From Nitrosopumilus sp. (GTDB lineage Archaea > Thermoproteota > Nitrososphaeria > Nitrososphaerales > Nitrosopumilaceae), in NCBI GenBank assembly GCA_965223425.1, contig OZ245003.1:1728001-1792000 (forward strand): a stretch of 64,000 bases of DNA, given 5' to 3'. Shown here piece by piece: positions 56,185 through 64,000 of the stretch. Both the position numbers and the translations under genes were made by a program. A model generated the notes under the pieces. The model was not told where the DNA came from. It saw only the letters and a program-made list of their open reading frames with translations, and did not search any database. Position 1 is the first letter of the stretch, and the number at the start of each line of letters is the position of its first letter.

Positions 56185-56595
56185 TCAATACAGTCTCTTG
56201 TGTTCTGCCAACATACATCTGTTAAAAACGACTTGAATTCCTTCTTTTCTTGCAAGCTCTTCAGCTTCTGCATTATGAATTCCTTCTTGCAGCCAAATCA
56301 CTCTAGGTTTTTTCTTTACAGCCTCTTGAACAAGCGGTAAAACCTGATCAGAGGGTCTGAATACATCTACGATGTCAATTTCATCATCAATTTCTGAAAC
56401 AGAACTGTAGCATTTTTTTCCTAAAATTTCATCAGCCATTGGGTTTACAGGAGTAATGTCATATCCATTATCAGAAATGTGTTTGGGGACATAGTGAGCC
56501 GCTTTTGATGGATTTCTAGACATTCCTATGACGGCGACTCTTTTCAAAGACAAGATATCATAGATTTGCTCATCAGTATGATGGTCTTGTTCCAT
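56185..56595 (-). CDS. CoA-binding protein
   Basis: VAVIGMS, PVNP, DIVDVFRP, WLQEG and NRCM motifs. Confidence 0.92.
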   Translation of the reverse strand: MEQDHHTDEQIYDILSLKRVAVIGMSRNPSKAAHYVPKHISDNGYDITPVNPMADEILGKKCYSSVSEIDDEIDIVDVFRPSDQVLPLVQEAVKKKPRVIWLQEGIHNAEAEELARKEGIQVVFNRCMLAEHKRLY

Positions 56596-56681
56596 ATAAA
56601 ACACACAGATAGGCAGAATATAATTTTTGAAGAACAGCAGTTGAGCAAAGAATATTTTAGGACTAGTAGAAATAGTTCATC

Positions 56682-57197
56682 ATGGAACCAGAACCAAAAG
56701 ATGTGATAGTTTTAGGTGCAATTAGACGTGGCGCAAAAAAATTTGATAAAATTCAAAAAACAACACAAATTAAACCTGAAGAGATCAATTCCATTCTAGA
56801 AAAATTAGAGGAGAAAGGATTCATTCAAGTACAAGAAAAGAAGGGGTTGTTTGGCAAAAAAATAGAATTAACAGTCACAGAGAAGGGATCCAAAGAGCTA
56901 GATGAACGAATTCACGAATTACAAGAAAAATGGAATAACATGTCGCAAATCTACCAAACAGGGGACAAACAAAAACTCCAGCAGGCCATGGATGAGAACA
57001 AGAGTTTTCTTCCCATGATGATGTTCTTTGGAGTAATGGATGTGATGATGTTTGGAATGATGTTTGGAATGATGGGAATGGCAATGTCAGATTATGTACC
57101 GGCAGAAAACATGCCAGAAGGTGCAGATGGAGATGCAGGCGACAGTATGGGTGGGGGCATGGATGATGGCGGGTTTGACTTTGACATTGGGTTCTAG
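56682..57197 (+). CDS. Winged-helix protein with Met/Gly/Asp-rich tail
   Basis: LEEKGFI...TEKG wHTH motif. Confidence 0.85.
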   Translation: MEPEPKDVIVLGAIRRGAKKFDKIQKTTQIKPEEINSILEKLEEKGFIQVQEKKGLFGKKIELTVTEKGSKELDERIHELQEKWNNMSQIYQTGDKQKLQQAMDENKSFLPMMMFFGVMDVMMFGMMFGMMGMAMSDYVPAENMPEGADGDAGDSMGGGMDDGGFDFDIGF

Positions 57198-57233
57198 CGC
57201 ATATTTTATACTTGAATTAAAAACAAACCATAG

Positions 57234-58232
57234 TTGATTTACAATTCATTTGATAATCCGGGATTAGTAAAAGTTCTAACATTTTTGCAAACCCACAATA
57301 CAGAATATTTGTCTGGACAAGACTTGAGTGATGTTCTAAGAATAAGCAGGGTTGCAGTGTGGAAACATATCAAAAAAATTCAAGAGTTAGGGTACACAGT
57401 AGAATCAAAGCAAAAATTAGGTTACAAACTAACTGCAAATTCAAATTCACTTTTTCCATGGGAAATTACTTCAGGTCTTAAGACAAAGGTTATTGGACAG
57501 AAGGCTTACTATTTTGATTCAGTTGACTCTACTCAAAATCAGGCATTAAAAATGGCAGACGAACCTGCAAACAATGGCGCGATAATAATTGCGGCAACAC
57601 AAACAGGAGGCAAAGGAAGGGCCAAAAGAAAGTGGATTTCGCCTAAAGGCGGAATTTGGTTTTCAATAATTTTACAGCCGAAATTTGATATTTCAATTAC
57701 TACATTGTTTCCAATTGCATCATCACTTGCATTATCAAACACATTACAAAAAACATTAAAAATTTCACCAGAACTAAAATGGCCAAACGATTTGACTATC
57801 AAAGGTAAAAAACTTGCGGGAATACTAGTAGATGCATCATTAGAGTCAAATAGGATTGAGAGTCTTGTTTTAGGCATCGGAATAAATTTTGATGTAGATG
57901 TAAAACAAATCGAAAAAGCACTCAAAGGTTCTCCAAATTTTTACGGAGTTGCATCACTTGGTGAACAAAAAAATAAAATCAGACCTGTCCAATTAATTCA
58001 GACATTTTTGACAGAATTGGAAAAAATATATGAATTGCTAAATAAAAAGCAGACCAAAAAAATTATTTCAGAATGGACAAAAAGATCATCAACAATTGGA
58101 AAGAGGGTAGAATTAAACACCACAGATGGAAAAATGAATGGAAAAGCAGTTAAAATTGATGAAGATGGGGCGTTAATATTAGATAACGGGGAAAGGATAC
58201 TGGCAGGAGACATCATTCACCTATCAAAATAG
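57234..58232 (+). CDS. birA: Bifunctional biotin ligase/repressor
   Basis: HTH ISRVAVWKHI, QTGGKGR, KWPND and KKLAGIL motifs. Confidence 0.95.
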   Translation: MIYNSFDNPGLVKVLTFLQTHNTEYLSGQDLSDVLRISRVAVWKHIKKIQELGYTVESKQKLGYKLTANSNSLFPWEITSGLKTKVIGQKAYYFDSVDSTQNQALKMADEPANNGAIIIAATQTGGKGRAKRKWISPKGGIWFSIILQPKFDISITTLFPIASSLALSNTLQKTLKISPELKWPNDLTIKGKKLAGILVDASLESNRIESLVLGIGINFDVDVKQIEKALKGSPNFYGVASLGEQKNKIRPVQLIQTFLTELEKIYELLNKKQTKKIISEWTKRSSTIGKRVELNTTDGKMNGKAVKIDEDGALILDNGERILAGDIIHLSK

Positions 58233-58233
58233 A

Positions 58234-58581
58234 TTATTTTTTGGCAGTTTTTGATTTAGTTTTTACCTTTGATTGTTTTTTTCTCTGAGAGGGAATCATA
58301 GAAGATTGTTCCTTTAAGATGTCTTTTAGATCGCTTTGTATGTCAAAGACAGTTGAGAGCAATTCTTCTAATGCATCAGAATACCGGACATACGCAGATA
58401 ACAGTTCAGTCTTTTTTTCATTTGCTTTAGACAGATACTCGTTAGATCTCAACAAGTTTGCCGAAACAATCAGTTCAGGAATGTCAGATACAGGCTCGCC
58501 CAACTGATCCAAATCAGATTGAACCTGTTGAATTTTTTTACGTAAATCATAGATAATCTCTCCTGCCCCAACTTTTTTCAT
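58234..58581 (-). CDS. Hypothetical coiled-coil protein
   Basis: 115-aa ORF with host-like composition. Confidence 0.75.
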   Translation of the reverse strand: MKKVGAGEIIYDLRKKIQQVQSDLDQLGEPVSDIPELIVSANLLRSNEYLSKANEKKTELLSAYVRYSDALEELLSTVFDIQSDLKDILKEQSSMIPSQRKKQSKVKTKSKTAKK

Positions 58582-58711
58582 TACAAAAACACGTAATCGT
58601 GAATAAATTAAAGACTTTCCAACACATGTGAGATAAAGGAAGTTCTGTAGGCTCAGTCATAAAAGAGAATGTAGGTAGAAATTATGGATAAACTATATCT
58701 AAAATCACAAT

Positions 58712-61527
58712 ATGAAAAAAACTGCAATGAATACTCTTTGTTTTGTGTTCATAATTTTGTTAAGCTCGTCAATTGTGGCGGGGGCCACATATGCACAAAC
58801 AGAAAATGATCTAGAGCCAATGTTTACTCAAGCCAGATCACATATCGTCAACGGGGATTACAAACAGGCTCTAACAATTTACGATGAGATCTTAGAGATT
58901 GCACCAAGCAATATTTCAACGCTAAAAATGAAAGGAATAGTACATAGTAATCTTGATCAACACGATAAATCCTTAAAACAATTTTTCAAAGTTTTACAAT
59001 ACAAGCCAGATGATGTTATTGCACTAACAGGTATGGGAGTAGGGTTTGGGAATCTAGGGGAATACCAGGCATCTAAAATTTATTTTGAAAGAGCATTGAG
59101 AGAGAAACCAGATAGTGTTGTGATCAACAACTATAATGAGTTTGTTGAAAATGTGATTTTAAAATATCCATACACCCCAACAGAAGAACCAAAAGTAAAA
59201 GAATTCGTGTCTACAATACCCAAATCAGTAGTTCCCAGATGTAGATTTACCGCAACCGCAACCGGCATCGGTTCTACTTGCCTCGATCATTGACAAACAA
59301 CTCGTTTCTGCTTGTAATGTACACGATAAACAACGCCATGGTGAGTTTTTTTCCCGCAGAAGACACTCTTCCATGCCTCTTTCCCGCATCAAGGCAGAAC
59401 CTGGCAATCCTCCACAGGTTGTACAGCAGCAGCGGCAGGTAAAACATCAGCAGCCTCACAGACAGGGAGTTGCTGCATGTCCTGCCCATGATCTCCTTTA
59501 TGACGCGAAACCCCGTCTCGATGCCCCATCTCTTGCGGTACTGCTCCGGTATGATGCCTGTCATGGCTCTGGCGCTCCTGATGGGAATGTTTGTTGCAAA
59601 CGCAATGTATTGCTCCTCCCCCTCCTCTTCCCCCTCCCCCTTTTTCTTCTTCTTCCTGTCTCTTTTGACAATTACAAGGTTGTAGGTCACAGTTACGCCG
59701 TCTTTGTTGGTCATTGACTGCTGCGATACCTGGCTTGCCTTTCCGTCCTTGTACATCTTGACTATCCTCTTGATCTTGGAGTTCATGATGACAGGCATAA
59801 TGTAGCGGCACCCGCCCTTTCCTGCCTCTGTCATGCAGTCAACGTTGTAAAAGGCGCGGTCGTACAGGAACACAGTCTTTGAGTGTGCGCCCCCTCTGAG
59901 GATTTTCGTGCGTGTTTTGGCTATAAAATCGGCCAGTTTTTCCTTTGCCGGTAGTAGCTTCGATTCCAGGACAATCTGCGAGGAGTCCCTGCCGACTCCG
60001 TGCACTGCGACATACGAGAGAAACGTGGATGTTCCTGCCCTTGGACGCGACTTTCTTGTATGCCCCTGCAGCTGCTCCCCATGGTATGGTATGTCCGTAA
60101 CGTCTATTGCAATGGCGTCGATGTCCTGCAGCATTCCTGTATGGCGGGCGTGCCGCACCGTGCGTGCTAATGTCTTTGCACACCAGGCCTGCACGTCTGC
60201 CGGTTTGACGCCACGGACTGCAGACATGACCAGGTCTGCATCAGGCGTACGTGCACCCGTGTCTTGAAGCCTGTTGTGCCGTACGAGGGATTCTACAAAC
60301 GTGTTTCTCTCAGACGCCTTGATTAGCACGTCCAGTATGTCATTGCATCCGTATACGGCGTTGTGCCTCTCAGACATTGGCATGCCAAGCTTTTGAAACG
60401 ACGAGCGCAGGATTTTAAACCGGTTTGATGTTATATTGTACTGGCGTGCGATCAGTTCGTCATGTAATTCGACTTTCATGACATATTGCACGCCGTAGCC
60501 TAATCTGGATCTTTGCATTGCAGTTATGCGGTAACGCACCGGCATCTGGGCATAAACCTACATCTGGGCACAAATCTACATCTGGGAACTACTGAAATGG
60601 ACAAAATCAATAATAAAATTATGGGCAGAAGGGGATATAGAAGATGCAGAGTTTATTTCAGCACTGTCATATTTGCTAGAAAACAAAATAATTCAGATTC
60701 CGCCAGTAGAAGTAGAAGTAGAAGTAATACGGAGTGAAATTCCAGAAGAGATAAGAGCCGATGCAGAATGGTGGTCAGATGATGAAACCGATAACGAAGT
60801 TATCGTAGCTGGTCTTCAACATATGATCAAAAACGGAATGATTGAGGCAAATACCCAACATATGCCTCAAAAATCACAAGAAGAGCTAGATCATGAATTC
60901 TACTTGTTTAAAAAATATCTAAGAGATATTGCAAACAATATATCCAAAGAGAAAAGATACATCGAATTTCCAAATCCTAGTCAGGATGTGATAAAAAAAT
61001 TCCTCAGAGACTACATCAAGTGGAATTTTGAAGAACAGGTCAAAACAGCATCTACAAGTTTTCCTAGTCCAACGTATGAGATAGTGGATGAAACAATAGT
61101 TATTTCCTATAGTGTATTCATAAATGAGCAACCATCAGGGCTTCCGTTAGATCATGTCAGCACATTAAAAAATTCTTTTGCATTTTGGGAGGAACAGGAA
61201 TTAAGTGCAAACAATCAGAAAGTCAAAATAAAATTTGAAATTACAAACTTGAAACACAAAGCTAATGTTTGGGTAACTTGGGTGGTTAGGGACATTGGAG
61301 AAGGAGTTCTTGGACATGCACATCTTGGAAAAGGGGTTGTAGAAGTGACACTTGGGGATTATAATTGTGATGGGAGTTTTCAGTTATATGATATCAACAG
61401 TGTTGAAACAATCATGACGCATGAGTTAGGACATTCTATTGGTTTGAAACATGTGACAGATGAAAATGACATCATGTATCCATCATATACTCCAGCATAT
61501 GCGTATTGTCTTCTAAAAGGAATTTGA
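58712..61527 (+). pseudogene. Secreted TPR + matrixin-like metalloprotease gene split by an IS
   Basis: Signal peptide and TPRs up to 59225. After the IS the frame continues KWTKSIIKLWAEG... to THELGHSIGLKH...IMYP. Confidence 0.88.
59226..60594 (-). mobile_element. ISH3/IS4-like element with intact transposase (59274-60545) and 4-bp TSD
   Basis: TIR CAGTAGTTCCCAGATGTAG; AAAT on both sides; IAIDVT, YDRAFY and YRKRWGIETGFR motifs. Confidence 0.95.
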
Positions 61528-61643
61528 AAAAATAAAACCACATTCTAAAAAACTAGAATAAGAATTAGCTTAACCTACATACAAACAACCTATGGAAAAT
61601 TGGTAAAATGAATAATAAGATAATATAGTAACTAGACTCAGCT

Positions 61644-62555
61644 ATGCTCAAAAATTCAATGATTACTGGTCCCAAGTGTCCAGCATGCGGAGATAAAAAA
61701 ATGGTCACAGATGAGAATACAGGGGAGCTGTTCTGCGGCAAGTGTGGTTTTGTAGTAACTGATAAAATTGCAGACACGGGTGCAGAATGGCGTTCGTTTT
61801 CAAATGATGAAGTGAACAAGGCAAGAACCGGAGCTGGAACTTCACTAACAATGCACGATATGGGATTATCAACAGTAATTGGTGCAGTTAACAAAGATTC
61901 AACAGGCAAACCACTATCTGCAGGTGTAAAAAGTTCCATTGAAAGATTAAGAACCTGGGACAGTAGAAGCCAAGCACATTCTTCTGCAGATAGAAATCTA
62001 AGACAGGCACTTAACGAAATGGATAAATTAAAAGATAAACTTGCATTAACGAATGCGGTAATAGAAAAAGCAGCCTACATTTACAGAAAAGCAATGGAGA
62101 AAAAATTAGTTAGAGGCCGTTCAATCCAAGGGTTAGTTGCAGCATGTCTTTATGCATCATGTAGAAATACTGAAACTCCCAGAACACTTGACGATATTGC
62201 CAAAGGAATCAATATCAGAAGAAAGGACGTAGCGCGATGTTATAGACTAATTTTCAGAGAACTCGAGTTAAAAATGCCAGTAGTCGATCCTGTAAAAGGA
62301 GTTTCAAGAATAGCAAGCATTGCAGAGTTAAGTGAGAAAAGTAAACGTAAAGCAATTTTAATTTTAAACCAGGCAAAAGAGATAGGGATGGTTGCAGGGA
62401 AAGATCCAATGGGGATAGCTGCTGCTGCACTTTATCTTGCATGTATTAGTACAGGAGAGGTAAAATCACAAAAAGACATTTCGATTGCATCAGGAGTCAC
62501 AGAGGTGACTATAAGAAACAGATGTGCCGGATTGAGAAAAATGCTCAACGACTAG
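61644..62555 (+). CDS. tfb: Transcription initiation factor IIB
   Basis: CPACG/CGKCG Zn ribbon, EWRSF, two cyclin repeats and GVTEVTIRNR. Confidence 0.97.
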   Translation: MLKNSMITGPKCPACGDKKMVTDENTGELFCGKCGFVVTDKIADTGAEWRSFSNDEVNKARTGAGTSLTMHDMGLSTVIGAVNKDSTGKPLSAGVKSSIERLRTWDSRSQAHSSADRNLRQALNEMDKLKDKLALTNAVIEKAAYIYRKAMEKKLVRGRSIQGLVAACLYASCRNTETPRTLDDIAKGINIRRKDVARCYRLIFRELELKMPVVDPVKGVSRIASIAELSEKSKRKAILILNQAKEIGMVAGKDPMGIAAAALYLACISTGEVKSQKDISIASGVTEVTIRNRCAGLRKMLND

Positions 62556-62974
62556 AATGTTTTCATTGTGTTTTTTTTAAGCGGTTCAATTATTTTGAGG
62601 GTTTGAAATGAAAGTTTCCAAGTAGGTTTCTTTTTTTCAAGATACTAAAAATACACCATCATCGGCCAATGAAAAGATCATTACAATGACATCTCTGCAT
62701 GGCAGAAATGCACCTTGCCAAATTCATGCCTCATCCTTGCACGTAAGTCAAGTTATACGAACATCATTTCATCCTGCTTTTGAGCCTCAGAGTGAACAAT
62801 CATTCTTTCATTCCACCTGCAGTAGATGGTCTCACTGCTGATGAATATCTAGACGCATCTTAGAATCTAATTTTGCGATTGTTGGCACGTTTTTTTTTTC
62901 AAGCCCCTCGACAGTTTGCATTTGTTTAACTAAACAAGCGATCTATTTATTGCGATCTGTACTAACAGATATCT

Positions 62975-63559
62975 GTGCAATCAGAGCCATCTAAAGATAA
63001 AGACATTACCGACTATTACAAACACTTGTCGCTTTTCTGGACAGATATCATACATTTGATGTCAAGCAAGCCACAAGCACTAACATCAATTGGGCCAATG
63101 AGGGCTTTTACGGCCAACTCTAAGAAAATTTCCACAGAACTAATTGAGATCAACGAAGTGTTAATGGAGTTTAATCAACACTTGACAGAATATTACAAAC
63201 AGCTTTCAGAAACTTGGGTGGATGCACAAAAGAAAGTAAACATAAAGGCACCTGAAGTTCCGCAAGATGTTGAGCAAATAGAGGCATTCAAGAGAATTTG
63301 GATAGATATTTTTGATAATGATTTTACAGAATTATTTGATTCTGGAAAATTTGGAGAAAATTATGGAAAGCTGGTTTCAAAAGAACTTGAATTGACCAAA
63401 CATTGGAATAATATCACCAATGTAATTTTACAATCAGTTAACCTTCCAAGTAAGGAAGAGATTGATGAAGTTTACAAAGAAATACATTCTCTTAAAAAAA
63501 GAATTGGAAGGTTGGAGTTAGAACTAAAGAAAAAGGAAATGAAAAAAAATGCAAAGTGA
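62975..63559 (+). CDS. phaE: Class III PHA synthase subunit PhaE
   Basis: NLPSKEEIDEVYKEIHSLKK motif, directly upstream of phaC. Confidence 0.88.
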   Translation: MQSEPSKDKDITDYYKHLSLFWTDIIHLMSSKPQALTSIGPMRAFTANSKKISTELIEINEVLMEFNQHLTEYYKQLSETWVDAQKKVNIKAPEVPQDVEQIEAFKRIWIDIFDNDFTELFDSGKFGENYGKLVSKELELTKHWNNITNVILQSVNLPSKEEIDEVYKEIHSLKKRIGRLELELKKKEMKKNAK

Positions 63560-64000
63560 ATCAATAGTAGATCCAAAAATAATTGAAGAGGTTTTAAAAT
63601 TCAGTAAAAATGTAATAGACGCTCCAAAACTAGTTTCTGCACCTGATGAAATTAGTTTGGAAGTAACGCAGCACGATGTGGTACAGGAAATGGACAAAAC
63701 AAGGCTCCTACGCTATAACGCTCTTACAGATAAACAGCATAAAACGCCTTTGTTAATTTCATATGCGTTAATTAACAGATATCACATACTTGATATTCAT
63801 CCAGAAAAAAGCTGGGTGAGAAGCCTTCTCCAGCAAGGATTTGATGTGTATATGTTAGATTGGGGGACGCCAACTAGTTTGGACAAGTATCTTGATTTTG
63901 ATGACTATGTTAATGGCTACCTGGATTCCTATGTAGAGTATATCAAAAACGAGTCATCTACTGAAAAGATTTCATTACAGGGATACTGTACCGGTGCAAC
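63549..64000 (+). CDS. phaC: Class III PHA synthase PhaC (runs off the window end)
   Basis: Translated by hand: PLLISYALINRYHILD, GFDVYMLDWG and the lipase box GYCTG. Confidence 0.92.
   Translation, partial: MQSESIVDPKIIEEVLKFSKNVIDAPKLVSAPDEISLEVTQHDVVQEMDKTRLLRYNALTDKQHKTPLLISYALINRYHILDIHPEKSWVRSLLQQGFDVYMLDWGTPTSLDKYLDFDDYVNGYLDSYVEYIKNESSTEKISLQGYCTGA

Noticed and set aside
62640-62880. Possible decayed transposase fragment upstream of phaE
   Set aside because: Only a faint resemblance on the minus strand, with no ends or intact motif.

Overview
This window looks like the chromosome of an ammonia-oxidising archaeon (Nitrosopumilaceae-like). The evidence is TFB, CDC48, EF-1beta, TruD, Pth2, HppA, a blue-copper protein, NreA and PhaE/PhaC. 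It has two parts. (1) Positions 1 to about 10,000 are an accessory element resembling a virus or plasmid. It holds a coupled operon of orphan ORFs and a highly structured non-coding block with two 307-bp-period repeats that differ in an equal-length 41-nt window. It also holds a two-repeat mini-CRISPR-like array, a Type ISP restriction-modification gene with a (GA)14 slippage tract and a duplicated TRD motif, an AbrB gene inside 17-bp inverted repeats, a 1-kb iteron-like region and a very basic small protein. (2) Positions 10,000-64,000 are core genome invaded by ISH3/IS4-like, IS5, IS66 and IS630 elements and two MITE families. The clearest unusual element is an intact tnpB gene inside 24-bp IS6-type terminal inverted repeats with an 8-bp target-site duplication (53136-54425). 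It shares its ends with a family of 84-86-bp MITEs that also flank cargo genes. All family assignments come from recognising motifs by eye; no database searches were run.
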